A stretch of 64,000 bases of DNA, taken from the NCBI GenBank assembly GCA_051362555.1, contig CM120642.1:124001-188000 (forward strand), written 5' to 3'. This stretch comes from Lingula anatina. Lineage: Eukaryota; Animalia; Brachiopoda. The position numbers and the translations under genes are program-made. The notes under the pieces were generated by a model. It was not told the origin of the DNA, made no database searches, and saw only the letters and a program-made list of their open reading frames with translations. Below, piece by piece: positions 24,871 through 39,300 of this stretch; positions within the stretch are counted from its first letter, which is position 1, and every line of letters starts with the position of its first letter.

Positions 24871-27800
24871 GCCACATATATACTGTACATTTGTACACAA
24901 TGAAATACATCACTGCAAGCAGTACATCATTTACAGAACCAATTGTAAACTGCTTTTTTATATTTTGGTGAGAAATCTAACAAGAGGGGATAATTATCCC
25001 TAAAATACTGATAATATGGCACAAAATAGCCCAATATTTCCCCTGATCTTTTACCCTTGTAAACACTATGAAGGATTTAGGGAGTAGACCTTTAGCTTGC
25101 GGTATCTGGCTCAAAATGTTCAATTCTATTCATCAGTTCACATTTTTTTTCAGCGATTTGCTTTTTTTTCCTAGTTTTTGTCTTGTGTCCTTTGTATAGT
25201 TGTATTTCATGGTAATATGTCTCTTATACCTACCTGTAACATTTTAGCATTATATGCCATTTAGCACTAAGAAGTCCATTATGAATCTGTTTCAGTATTG
25301 CTATCTTTTTAACCTTTAAGCTGTTTATGATACATGAAAAATGTTTGGATCTCTACTGTCACATCTATTCCTGGAATTCTTTAATTGCACTGCACATTCA
25401 GAGTAACGAGCAAAAAATAATTTACTTAGAGCTGATTTAAGTGATATACAGTAGGTACACTTCACAAGGAATGTACAAAACACCTAGCTCCCTTCACATC
25501 AGAACTAACTTAAATCTGCCCAGTACCAATCACTGTACCCTAGTATCACCATGCTGTTCTCCACTCTGACCAGATGTACTAGTCAAGTGTAGTTTAAGAT
25601 ATAAACTGTACTTCTCTAGAGTTCACCAATATCTCTGGTCATCCCCAAACACCCCAGAATAATGGTAATATAAAACACAAAGATGAGTACACCCCATTGA
25701 TTTTGTCTTTTCCAGTGCTTGCATTCATGCTATTAATATCAGTCTTCAATTAAATCACACCACTCCAACATTATTGGAAATATGATGTTACATACTGAGC
25801 AATAGTTTATACAAAATGTACAGCTGCAGTTCTTATAATTTCTGAGTACTTTAGCCTTGCCATGCTTATGAAATCAATATATTGCACCCCTTCACCCCCC
25901 CCCCCCCCCCCCCCCCCGCCCGCCCCAACCTGGAGCCTGGTATCAGTTTGTGTATATTATTATATATCTTCCCAGGTAGAAAACACTATCTAATGCATAA
26001 TTCAAAATATGCTGGTATCTTAATTTTGCAACCCTCATTTTAAATGAGCTTTTTTCATTTTCTCTCACACAAAATTAAAAAATAAATAAAAGTGACATTT
26101 CTACTGCAGCGACTATATATCCAAAAGTGTTTTCTAATATTCACTCAGATGGTAGAACTTCCCTATAATTTAAGATAATTTATCAATATTTCACCAAAAT
26201 GATAAAAAATATATACATATACTAGCCTTCTTGCTTCCATTTTGTCCAAATGTAATTTATTTAAGACAGTTAATCAATATTTCACCAAAATGATATAAAA
26301 TATATACATATAGCCTCCTTGCTTCCATTTTGACCATATGTAACTACCTACAGCATTTGGTGAGAATATTATGCTACTGACTCTAGTGTATAATCTGGAC
26401 AGCATTGGGAATAAGTAATTACTGTCTGCATCTCAGTGTGTAACAAAGGCAATCTGCATCCAGTAGCATATGAAGTGGAAACCGTATTGACAAGTTACTG
26501 ACACATATTGGCATATTTCTCCATATTACTAAGTCACGTATGACTGAAGTACTCAGATATTGAGGTGCTTTGACTGAATGGTAGTTTCTTTTTTTAACTC
26601 ATTCTCATGTTTCTTACTTTTATTAGATTCTTATAAAATATGAGAAATGTCTTCAAACCTTATGTACCTGATATATACAAGAAGATGTAGAAAATTCTGA
26701 CTTGTTACCAACACAATCATATAATCACCAAATTTCTATATATTTCTATTTGATGCCATTAGGAGGCCTCTTAATCCATTCATGAATCTGTCTACATTAA
26801 CAACAGTCCTCATGTAGACAGTTTGCCGTAGCTAGGCCGAAAATATTCATCCTGACTTGGCCCACAGTCCATGTTCACCAAGTCATCAAGATGTGACAGA
26901 AGTAGGACAGTACGCTTGAAACATTCACAGTAGCTGTTCAATCTAGAGAGACAATACTGGAGGCACTGTACCAGATGTTTGCCTTTACTACTACTACTAC
27001 TACACTAGCAGCCAGCACTGCTGTCCAGGTAGATTTACGTACTATACAGGTAGATATACCTGATTACACACCTGTCACCTCAGTACACCAGATGGTGACA
27101 CAACTGCTACTACCAGAACCAATACATTATACTGTACATGCCATGTGTCTCTCATGTTGATGAAGATAAAGCCCGTGGTTTTTATATACATCTTTAAACC
27201 CAAGTGATGACTTGGTTAATTCATCTTACCCAGCTCTTTACCTTGATGTACGTTATACAGGCCTACCCAACTACCAGACTCGGCACCCAAATGATCCTGA
27301 ATTCACCGGTAGATCAGACCACACCACACCGTTTTCAAGGTGTGTGTCAGATCGCATTACACAGTATCAGACATACTCTTGCCTAGTACGCGATGTGATA
27401 GTGACGCTTCTCAGCAGGGATGAAAAGCATTGCATCACCACTCAAAATTTGTTCAGGGTATTAAATATATCAAAAATAAAATTGTCCTTCCGTAACACCA
27501 TTTTATAAGTTTTCCAGATAAAAGTGTCAATAAAATCATAATTAATCATCAAAACCTAAAATTTCTTTTGGATTCTGGTGTCTTATGGTGTCTGGTTTCA
27601 GAAATTATAAGTTTTATAAGTAGGATTCCTTTTTTAAATTTTGAGGTCTGCGGACCAAATACCACGGAATGGCCCTTATATCAAGTCACATGTGACCATC
27701 CGGTGTGAGCCTGAAATGGCCTTAAACAATGTCTTTACAACTGTCTGTGTGCATGTGTTCCTGAGTGAGTATGCTTGCATGTGCGTATGTCCTGTATGTG

Positions 27801-30184
27801 AACTGCATATACACAGGAATAGCAAAGTTAGATTTCATCAATGAAATAAAATTCAACTCTGTACAATAAACCATGTATTTCTATGACATGCTATTATATC
27901 CAAATGTCAAACAGCACAAAGAAAGTTATTGGTCCTAGGTAATAAATGCTCATGTTGTGGTGCTACAAAAGGGGAGGATGTAAACAGAGAGATTTACTGT
28001 GACTTATGTCCACTGCAATGATAAAAGACTCAACAACAAGCAAAGGAAATAGAACAATAGTCCAATGTTTTTACTATATGATCAACATCATTCTGGCCAA
28101 TATGTTCTCTGTCATGTTCCAATATGTATGAAGAGCAATCAATAATAAGTGGTTTTTTTTTACTTTTATGCTATATCAAAAAACTTGTATCCAACCTTAT
28201 TTGTTCTCACTGCCAGAGCGAATATCTATAATAAAACAAATTTATACAGTACTAAGCAATACTGATTTCCTAGTTATCTGATCTTTTTGATCAAATTCCT
28301 CTTTTATATATACTTTCTTTTTCAATGTGCTAAACCCTGTAATATTTCCAGTGCATAGACCTCTATTTTCTAGTATTCTGCAATAATCACACTGTCCCCA
28401 GATGGCATAGCTATCACCTAGGCAACATATGACTGACACATGTCACTCACGTCCTGATGCAGGATTCCTGTGTTGCTGTGAGGTATTTTGTTCTCCAGGT
28501 GTTCATGACCTACCTGTAAGGTGAGAGACATTATCTACCTGAGGACACTGTAATGAGGCTTGAAATCACTTCCAAGAAGATCTCACTATTTCATGGAAGT
28601 ATCAGAGCTAGTGTACAAGCATACATACCTGTAACATGAGCCTTATAATTCTGTCAATTTGATTGCAATCATTTTGTGTTCACCCCTTGCTGTCTGTAAA
28701 ACAGCACAAACTTAAAGAGAGGTAGGTGCTATAGAAGATATTAAAAATTGCGATTCACTTTTTTTTGCAGTATATCACAAAACCTGTATTCAATGTAATA
28801 TGCTATCATCACATGTTGGGGATGTAAGTGACATGGCAGGGATGATGATGATGTAACAGGGATGTCAGTGATGTTGATAACTGTTGACATGGCAGGGATG
28901 TCAGTGACAGACATAACAGGGATTCAAGTGACTTGGTTGGGTTGTCAGTGATACAACAAAAGATAACTGTGATGTATGTATCATGTCATATAAAGAGATG
29001 TCAGTAATGTCAATGACGTGATGGACATGTCAATGCTACATTACAAGGTTGTCAGTGACGTGATAGGCATATATCTATATCTATCCCAGTGTCATCAGAA
29101 TATATATATGAGGAATATTTGAGAGGTGAAAAGCAACTGTTTGTTTATGTCCACAATTAACTGAAAAAAACTGATCAAAATCCAATGATGCCACAGCAGG
29201 TAGGTTTATCATCAATATACAATGGTTCCAAAAGTGAAGACCGATGGTTTGGGTTGTGCTGTGTTCTAGTGCTTTGCCCTTAAAAACATATAAAATACTG
29301 AGGAATTCATGCCCAGATTTATTGGCCACCCTAATTGAACATCCTTGTGTTACAGTCTTGTGGAGGAAATTTACACACACTGCCACCCAAGGTGAGACAC
29401 AGTGAAATACGTAACCTGTGAAAGGATGCATAGAAAGTGGGCTTCAGATCTACAACAATATTCTCAACTGTTAGCAGGTCAAAGTTCTCATTTCTACTGT
29501 TGTGTGAGTCACACTGTGCTGTTATAATATATCCTTTTGTGCTGAAAAGAAACAGGAAATGGACAATTTATCCCTTTCAAGAATTAGGTCACACTTTCTG
29601 CATAGCATGTTTACTCCAGTTCCTGTCTACAGCAGTCTGTGTACATTCTGACAGGGGGCACTTGCTGGGGATAACTTCAACATCCACCCTGGGGTCTGTG
29701 TATATGAGAATGTGAAGGATTGCAATTGCTTTGCTTAGTGCATCTTTAACTTTTAATATGAAATGCCACATTAAGTCAATATTTAATTCAAATATTCCAT
29801 ATTAAAACGTAACACAAATTAGATGAAGTTAAATTATTCCATACAAACCATCTGTCATAGCAGACTGTGCTGGTTAACACATTAACTAGTGAGGAATACC
29901 CCAGAAAATTAGACAAAAATTTACTACTTGCGATTAAAACACCCTGATATTGTTACAAAACTGGCCCTTTTATTTAGTCTCACTGACATTAAGAAAGCTA
30001 TCACCGGCCTGCAACCTGCGATGAGTATATAGCTATAATGTACCCACAGTTATCGTTGCTCTTTGTTCCTTGCTATCAGACTTTCCCATTGATTCCATAT
30101 CATGGTACATTGTACAACAGCTGCCGACACAACAAGGTGGCTCGCACTACACAGTCTTATGAAAAATATCAGTAAATTCCTTAC

Positions 30185-30235
30185 CTTTCCGGCGGCTCTG
30201 CCCAGCCGTACGATGCCTAATTTAAAGCCTGACAT
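30185..30235 (-). CDS. ZMYND19: ZMYND19 exon 1 (MSGFKLGIVRLGRAAGK)
   Basis: ATG at 30235, donor AAG|gtaagg; matches the ZMYND19 N-terminus MTDFKLGIVRLGRVAGK. Confidence 0.96.
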
Positions 30236-30289
30236 TTGTCCCTCTCCTCTCGTACTCTCAGTTCAGGCAAACACACCCTGTTCACAGTT

Positions 30290-30420
30290 CTAGCCGCGTC
30301 TGATCTTCGTATTCATCGATCATCGAGCATTTGCAATCAGCACACAATGGCGGCAGCTGAGTGACACGTGCGCGGTGAGGACCAATCAGAGCGCAGGATT
30401 AACGTCAGTGCGGAAAATAT
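30290..30420 (-). promoter_or_regulatory. ZMYND19 promoter region
   Basis: CpG-rich patch with YY1-like aatggcggc, E-box cacgtg and CCAAT box gaccaatcag immediately upstream of exon 1. Confidence 0.65.
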
Positions 30421-31327
30421 AAACAAATGTGTTCTATTGTGTCCAAGCATCTGAATCAGGCCCAGCGGACAAAGGCTTTTGTGTTGATTGATAATCGGAT
30501 AACCGTTCACAGTTCCTTGACAGATCAAGAAGCCATTGCAGCTGAAGTGGGGTTTCACTTTCATGCTGAAGCCAACGTCGTGTTTGTCAAATCATTTCCT
30601 GTTTCCTTTAGTCTCAGTTAGGAGCTAGGCTTGACGCCCCCCTCTTTCCCATTTCTCCCCCCCCCCCCAGCGCCAGCTGTAATGCGTTTCATTTTCTTAA
30701 TATTACAAACCATGTAGGTGAAGTTTACCGCCAGTTATTGTTAGTACAAAGAAGCCAATAATAAAAATAATAATAATAATGATAATTAATTATTTTAGCT
30801 CATTTCACTAAAATGAGCCCAAATTGCAATTATTAAAACATTGACAGAAAATAACACAACAAGTTCACAAAAAGGAGTACAAACAAAAACCATTATTAAA
30901 GCAGCATAATTCCTTCAAATTGATATTAAAAATATTCACACTGTAAGAAACCTTTAAATTATATTATTTCTCCCACTCAACTTCAGATAATCGGAGCAAG
31001 ACCCCCCCCTCCCCCCCCCCCCCCCCCCCCCCATCCTTCTCATCACTACATGTAGCTGCACAGAGGCACTTCTTTTCCTGTTAGGGTTAGTTGCAGTATT
31101 GGGGTTGGTGTACAGTGTATAGGACGGATGTCACCTGTACAAAGTAATGGGTAGCGGACTACGGTTCCTAGCGTACTTCCATTCCTTTTACCGAGCGTTG
31201 AGACTCCCCTGGTAGCTAAAGAATTACAAAAGTTTACAAAGTCGAAGAAGAGGCAATAATTTTATAAGAGACTGCTAGCGTCTCTGTGGTCACAGAGTGG
31301 CGGTCGTGGTCTCTGCACTACGTACGC

Positions 31328-31501
31328 GGGGGCGTCTCGATAGTCCGAAGGTTCATTGGTCCGAAGGTTCATTGGTCCGAAAAACGGTAACATTTTCATG
31401 GGTTTTTTAATCAAGGGTTCATTGGTCCGAAGGTTCTGTAGTGAACATTCGGACCAATGAACCTTCGGACTATTGAACCTTCGGACTATCGCTACGGCCC
31501 C
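31328..31501. mobile_element. 174-bp MITE with long repeat-built TIRs and 8-bp TSD acgtacgc
   Basis: ggggcgtctcgatagtccgaaggttcattggtccgaa ... ttcggaccaatgaaccttcggactatcgctacggcccc; acgtacgc on both flanks. Confidence 0.88.
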
Positions 31502-32072
31502 ACGTACGCTGACATATTTGTTTGGCGACGTTTTTGCTGTTTTTTCACAAATTGGTCATTCGAAGCTCAGTAGTAAACTACATGTACAGCCAGTCACGTG
31601 CAATAAAAGCTAGGCCTATTTGTTTTCACTTTAACTCTCCCATATTAGTAAATGATGATATGCACCCATTTTAAAATATTAGGCCTACATGTACATGTAT
31701 AAGTAACTGATAAGAGTAACAGGGGCGGATCCAGCTAGTATTGTTTGAAGGGGAGGCCTAAATTATATTGACCAGTGGACAATATATAGAATGATATTAT
31801 TATATGCTTTAAATTGCCGCCCCCGCACTCATTGACAGATGCTACTCTCTGACCACAGGGGTCGCCTGTGGTCTCTTACAAACCTGTCGAATATTCCATT
31901 TTGTAATTTATACCATAGAGACCCCTGTGAAATGGGGGGTGGGGGAGGGGCATTACATGGCACTCTCTATAGGAACCCTGTCGTGAATATATAACACTCA
32001 AACGAACCAGCTGAGTGCATGAAACTTCGCTATACGTACCTATAATTTTATAATCTAACTTTATAATTACAT

Positions 32073-35000
32073 CCCAGATAGCATGCATACGTTGGGCCAA
32101 CGTTGGCCCAACGTTGCCTTGGTTGACCGTGCAACGTTGGCCCAACGTTGGGTTTCCATCTAAGTGCTCACTTTGGCCAACGGTTGGCTGAACGTCTTTT
32201 TAATGCCAACGCATTGCCAACGTATTCCCAACCAAACTGCGTTGGCCCTACATTGGGCCAACTAATAACCAACATTGGTCCAACAATTACCCAACCTGTA
32301 ACCAACAGTGTATTTACGTTGGTTCTACTAATAACCAACATCAGTCCAACGTATTCCCAACCAAACTGCGTTGGCCCTACATTGGGCCAACTAATAACCA
32401 ACATTGGCCCAACAATTTCCCAACCTGTAACCAACAGTGCATTTACGTTGGTTCTACTTATAACCAACATCAGTCCAACAATTACCCAACCTCAAACCAA
32501 CAATGCATCTGCATTGGCCCGACAGTAGGCCAACTGGTCGACAAGTTATCTGCAATTTGCACAACAAATTATGACCCAACCTAAAACCAGGGGCACAGTG
32601 ATTTACAGTGACCCAACATTGAGCTAAAGGCAAAATAATTTTTTTTGGAATCATATAGGTAGTAGGGCACTGTAATTACACGTCTGATGCACAGGCAGAT
32701 CAATGTCCTGATGACATATCTTGAGCATCTGAAATCTGCAAACTGCAAGATAGACTGAAAAATTAGCAAGCTTTCTAAGGGATGAATCCTTCAGAGGACT
32801 ACATCTGCCTGTGATCATTGTGGTTAAAACAAAAGATTAGTGATATATTTTGAACTGTTTAATTAATTCATAACATTACATAAAACAAATACCTTATACC
32901 AACTAATAATGATATGTGAATTGAAATATAATACAAAAAGACAGCAAAGAAAATTTGAATAAGATATTATAATATTAAATTTAAACATTAATAAGTGTGT
33001 CTTATATCAATTGTTACATGATTCACATCAAGAAAAAATATCAACAGTCCTATGACTTTTCACCTTATTCCTGGAGTCAAGGCATTTTACCACTAGTAAA
33101 GTGTTTTTTGCCCCATTTCAATTTTTAAAAATATTTTCATTAAATTAAATTTTAAACCAGAAACCCTTGTTAATGTCAGGTAAGATGCTTTTCATAAGTT
33201 ATATGTCAAGTCTATAAAATTACAGTCTCTTCCTCCAGGCAAAATCTCAGACATTGTCTCTTTAAAAATCAAGTCAGTGGTCATATGAGTTCAATCTTTG
33301 TGTTTTTCCTCTCTTTCCTGTCCTGCACCTGTGTGATCTTTGGCAAAGCACAATTAGTTGGATGTATCCTCAATATATTTGTCTAACCAGTCACAGAAGA
33401 GTGTGCTCCACCTACAAATTTAAATATTAAAAACACTTGAAATATAATGCTAGAATTAGTATGGTACATAACATGACTGTACCTCTTCCCCCATCACTGT
33501 TTTCATATACAAACTAGTACTAGTAGGTGTGTATTATATGATAATGTCCCCACCTTTTCTAAGTTAGGCAACAGCCAATATCTTAACTATAAAAGTGTGT
33601 GTCTTGTGTGCAGTAATTTATAGTGATTTATTTAAATTAGTTCTTACATGTACACTTGACCATGAATTCAGTTTTTAGACAACTGTTATGTACCACTAAA
33701 TTCCACATAATTTAATCATTCCAACAACTCTATCACAGAATTTACTGGCCAGGATTCATACAGACACATAAGAACAATTGGCTTCCAAGGACTTTTAGGC
33801 TCTAATTCAAATCATTTTCAATGATTTTTAACTAATGAGGGCAAGTTATACATTAATACAGTTATTTTAAAGTGTACATACCAAAGGAAAAAGGACTCAT
33901 TCATTTAAACTTTGTCTTTGTTACACATTGATGATGAAAAGTTGAAAATAAAAGTACAAGTAATGATGTATTAAAACTTAAGGTATACCCCCATCTGTGA
34001 ATTATTGTCTGTATTCATGTCAATAAACTACAAAGTTTTAAATAATATTTTTACAAAGACAAAATGCTGAAATGCAAACCTTTTTCAAGCCTTATAGCAT
34101 TTTCAAGTACTTTTCAAAGTTACATTTAAACTAGAGCCATTTAAACTAGTTACATTTAAACTAGTCCAAAGTGCTGGACTAAATTTGAACACTTTTCAAG
34201 GCTGTATGGATCCTGGTGCATCAGTAAATAATGGGAAAATACACAATTAAAAAGTCACTTACCAGTACATGCTCACTTCTTATCCTGTCTCTTTATCTCT
34301 TCATTTTCTAATTTCCAAAAAAGATGTCTTCTTTTTATATCCAGAAATCAATGCTTTCAGTTGTAATTCTTGCCTCTTCCTTAGAACATTTCTGACCTTC
34401 TGGCTTAGATTTTTGAATTGGCTCAACGGACGGCGCGCTTAAGACTGTGCTATGTATAGTTATTTGACCTGTTTGAGCAGGCAGTAGGCAAACTGTTTAT
34501 ATCAAACTGACAGTTAAGATAAACACCTGGCTTGTAATGAATCTGGTCCAGTGAAAGTTGCCAGTTTACTTCAATCAAAAGTCAATTGATGCTAACTATA
34601 AAGTTTAAAATTTATATATTGTGCAATTGTACATTATAATAAGATTTCAATCATTTGTCTGATTTCAATAACAATAATAATAATAGCAATAATAATAAAT
34701 ATGTTTCACAGCATTATTCAAAAATATAAATCTGTTCACTCAGTTATTTTTTATAGGTGAAGTCTATACATGTACTATATATAAGAGTGTATAGCTTGGA
34801 AGACAAATAAAAGCAGAAAACTGTTTTTTAACCCAAGGAATTTGACAAACTTCATAAAAAAATTATATTTTTTAATTCTAAAAACTATATGTTACTGATC
34901 AATAGATAAGCAAATGTGATTCTTAGTTGTGAACAGAAACATTTTTATTATAACAGAAACATTTTTCATTTCTATTGAGTTGTTAATTGGATACGTTGGC

Positions 35001-35199
35001 CCAACGTTAGGCCAACGTATGAAATAATTATGCACACGTTGGCCCAACGTTGGGCCAACGTGAGCATATTGCAGTTATGTTGTGCATATTATGATGTGGT
35101 TGGGCCAACGTTGGGCCAACGTATGACTACCAACGCCAACTATATGCCAACAAACCAACGATTCCCCTACGTTGGCCCAACGTATGCTTGCTATCTGGG
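32073..35199. mobile_element. Non-autonomous CACTA/EnSpm (CMC) DNA transposon, ~3.1 kb
   Basis: TIRs cccagatagcatgcatacgttgggccaacgt / acgttggcccaacgtatgcttgctatctggg; 2-bp TSD AT; dense subterminal ttggcccaacgtt repeats at both ends; CCCAG ends with a 2-bp TSD are typical of animal EnSpm. Confidence 0.85.
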
Positions 35200-35386
35200 A
35201 TGTACCTGCGCCAAGAACGCCATGCCTTTACTTCCGTTTGTCTGTTTGTTTGTCACCAACATATGTGAAGAGCTACCCAAGTCTTTGGATGGAATTTTCA
35301 AGATAGGTCAGAAATGGGCTAAATTTAGGCACGTGGTTATTAATTAATTAATTAATTGATTAAATTATTAATATATTGATGAATGG

Positions 35387-36205
35387 TGTGAAATCGTTGA
35401 GACATTGGAGAGTTTATGTTACTCATGCTTTATTTCAAATGTTCAGTTCAGCAACCATTCACATCGCTTATGTCAGTACAGTAAATGGTCTAGTCAGCAG
35501 GTCAGCATGACAGCAAGCAAGCAAGCAAGCAAGCAAGGTACATAATCTAAAAAAAAAACAAAACAATAAATAAATAAAATGAATAAATAAATAAATAAAT
35601 AAAGGAAACTATATAAATACTTATGCATCAAATACATAGGCCTAGGTATAATTTACTAGATATATGGAACATTACATTACATTAATTCGGTTATATATAG
35701 CGAGACTTGAAATTTGCTATATCTATACAGTAAACCGAAATGATATGAAGTTTACCTTATAATGCAATAATCATAATTAAAACGTTATATACTGAATTAC
35801 AGGAAGGGTTTTGCAGTTGATAATTAAACCAATGCGTTCTCATATTATCATTTATCGTACTTCATATTAATTACCACACCCTACCAGGTGCTCTATCTTA
35901 TATACCTATTTTTTTCACCTTTATAATTTATACAGAAAACTTATAAATACACACTTGACAGTATAAACATTTACATTATGATTTCTCCCTTTGAACTGTT
36001 ACAATACACTATACTACGTTGGGAAATACGGTTAGCTGCAGGAGAGACCCTTCTTGTACGGATTCTTGTAGCGTTATGACCCAGTAGCATTCAAATAAGC
36101 GCGCTACTCACACAAGTAATGAAAACTACTCATAACTGTTATAGCTAAAACAAGGAATCTGTACTTACACCTTGTTTATATAAAACATGGAATCCGGCAC
36201 TTACA
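35387..36205 (-). repeat. 3' LTR (819 bp)
   Basis: Direct repeat of 42289-43105. Confidence 0.97.
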
Positions 36206-36338
36206 TACCCGGCTCCATAAATAAGTTATACTGAATAAGTTGTACTTATTTATCTACAAAACAAAATATTCTAAGTGCCCTTAAAACAAAACAAAATAAT
36301 ATCTTACTGAAATTAACTAGTTACTTCAAATCTCCCGT

Positions 36339-39300
36339 CTAATGTTCATTTGGAACTAAAAGAACCAACTTGTTAGAAGGTCTACGGATATCTACACTTT
36401 GTGTTTTAAGCAGTACTGCTCTAACATAACCTTCAGAGTCCATCTCTACCTCTTTAACACGACCCATGCGCCACTCACAACGCGGCACATTTTCTTCTCG
36501 AATAATAACTACATCGCCGATCGCTAGATTTCGACGATGTTTCATCCATTTTGTACGACTTTGCAAATTCAGTAGAAACTCTCTTTTCCATCTTGCCCAA
36601 AACACATTCGCAAGGTACTGTACTCGTCGCCAACGTTTGCGAAGATACACATCTTCTCTCTGGAATACACCTGGAGGCGGAATGGTAACCCGTGATCTGA
36701 GCGTCAAAATGTGATTCGGAGTTAGAGAATCTTCATCACGCGGATCCATGGAGACTGTCGTCAGTGGTCTCGAGTTGATGATCGCTTCTACTTCACAGAG
36801 GAGAGTGTGAAAGGAGTCAGTGTCGAGCTGGGTTCCATGTTCTTGTAAAAGACCCGTGAGAACTTTCCTAACAGACCGTATCATGCGTTCCCATGACCCA
36901 CCCATGTTACTTGCTGCAGGAGGGTTAAAATGCCAATCAATGCCTACTCGACACATATTATCTTGAATGACATCATGTTTCATGTTCTGAAGAGCTTGTG
37001 TAAGTTCTTTGTGAGCTCCAACAAAATTTGTTCCGTTGTCGCTCCACAACTCTCTAACATTTCCTCGGCGCGCAATGAATCTTCGAAGCACGTTAAGGAA
37101 AGTGTCCGTTTCAAGGTTCATAGCAACTTCTATGTGTACTGCCCGACTAGACAAGCAAGTAAAGAGTACCCCGTATCGTTTGACTTCTTTCCTTCCGTCT
37201 TTTACGACAAAGGGTCCAAAACAGTCCACGCCTGATCTGCTAAACGGAGGAAGCGTTTCATCTACTCTACAACTAGGTAAGTTGGCCATTCTCTGCTGTT
37301 CCACTGGACCAGTGAGACGTCGGCACTTAACACAAAAAGCCAGCAAAGAACGCACAGCAGCATTTCCACTTATAATCCAATATTTCGTACGAAGGCTTGA
37401 GAGCACGTGATTTCGACCTGCATGCCCCAGACGTTCGTGTTCTTGGCGTATTATTAGGGTAGTAATATGGCCTTTCTTAGGTAGTATGATTGGATGTTTC
37501 GCTTTTTCTGGTAGATTTGCTCGCTGTAATCTTCCACCCACTCTTAAGATACCATTGTCAACAATTGGATCCAACTTGTAAAGGTTGCTGGTCTTGTTTA
37601 CCGTCTTTGCCCGGCTCCGTGTTTGATCTGCATCTACTGAGGTAAGTTGGGTAATCTCGTCTTTGTAACTGCGCCAATGTAGCCAACGTATAACTGTGGT
37701 CTCCGATTGGGCAATATCCTCGGACGTAATCACCGGAGAGAAACTCGTCTTAGACTTCTCTCTTTTGCACAACCACTGAACAAATTTTCCATAGATAGCA
37801 ACTGCTTTGCACAATTTATACCAACTTGAGTAGTGATTCACAAGCTGAAAGAAAGAATCTTCTTCATCACTGCTCAATGCAAAACACGCTGTATGTTGGA
37901 TCTCATCGTCCGATTCTGATTGGTCTTGCGTCTGAGAATTTAGTGGGCTTGCCGGCCATGTATCTTCCTCGATATACAGAAACTCGGGACCAGTCAACCA
38001 CCTTGCACTGTCACTCAACTCATCCGCTGATAAACCTCTAGAGGCTTCGTCTGCACTATTATTTGATGACGGTACGTAACGCCACTGCTCTACACTGGAA
38101 AAATCGCGTATCAGTTGAATTCTATTTGCCACAAACACTGGGAATCGCTTCTTCTCATTGGCTATGTAGCGAAGTACAGTAGTGGAGTCGGTATGGTAAA
38201 ACACTTTCAAGTCTTCCTCAATTTCTCTCTCTATCATTTTGGCTAGTCGCACTGAGGTAACTGCAGCGGTAAGTTCGAGTCGTGGGATTGACATAGTCTT
38301 GATGGGTGCGAGTCGAGCTTTTCCTGCTACAAAGAAAACATTTATGTTTCCTGCATAATCCTTACATCGAAGGTAGGCAACTGATCCATAACCATAGAAG
38401 CTGGCATCTGAGAAGACATGGAGCTGCACTTCACCATGTGGGAGACAGTCTGAAAGTTTGAAACAGCGGTTTATCTTTACATTTTCTAATGCTAATATTG
38501 AAGATGACCATTTGCTCCACCTTTCTTGAAACTTCTCCGGTACATCATCATCCCATCCTACATTTCCGTCACGACAAAGATCCTGTAGTATTTTCTTCGC
38601 TGGCAATATCACCGGAGCCACAAAACCAAGTGGGTCATAAAGCGAAGAAATGACGGAGAGAATCCCCCTTCTAGTTGATGGTTTGGCTTTTAGCTGTATG
38701 GAAAACTCAAACTGATCTGTCTCAATGTTCCATTGTACCCCAAGCGTCTTTGTGATTGGTAGCTCATCATAATGGATATCAATTGAGGATATTTCTTTGG
38801 AATGCTCAGCCTTGGGTATAGAGTCCATAACTTCAATGCTATTGCTGGCAAACTTGGTAAGATGGAATCCTCCGCTTGCACAGGTTTTCTGAAGATCATC
38901 TACCAGTCTGATGGCGTCATAGGTAGACTTCACAGATTTAATACAGTCGTCTACATAGAAATTTCTGAGAAGAGTTTTACTCACTTCAGAATTTTCTGCT
39001 TCAGCCCCAATTTTCTTCAGAACAAAATTGGCAACACTAGGAGAGGAGACGGCACCAAAAAGATGAACGCTCATCTGATATTCTTGCAAGTCGCTGTTCA
39101 AGTCACCGTTTTCCCACCACATGAATCTCATAAAACTTCTCTGTTCTACTGGAACACGGACCTGAAAAAACATGGATTCTATATCGGCAGTGAATGCGGT
39201 TTGATGCTGACGGAACCTACAAAGAACTCCCACTAAGTTGTTGGCCAGATCCGGTCCTTGTAATAAGTGATCATTCAGGCTTGTCCCTTGAAACTTGGCA

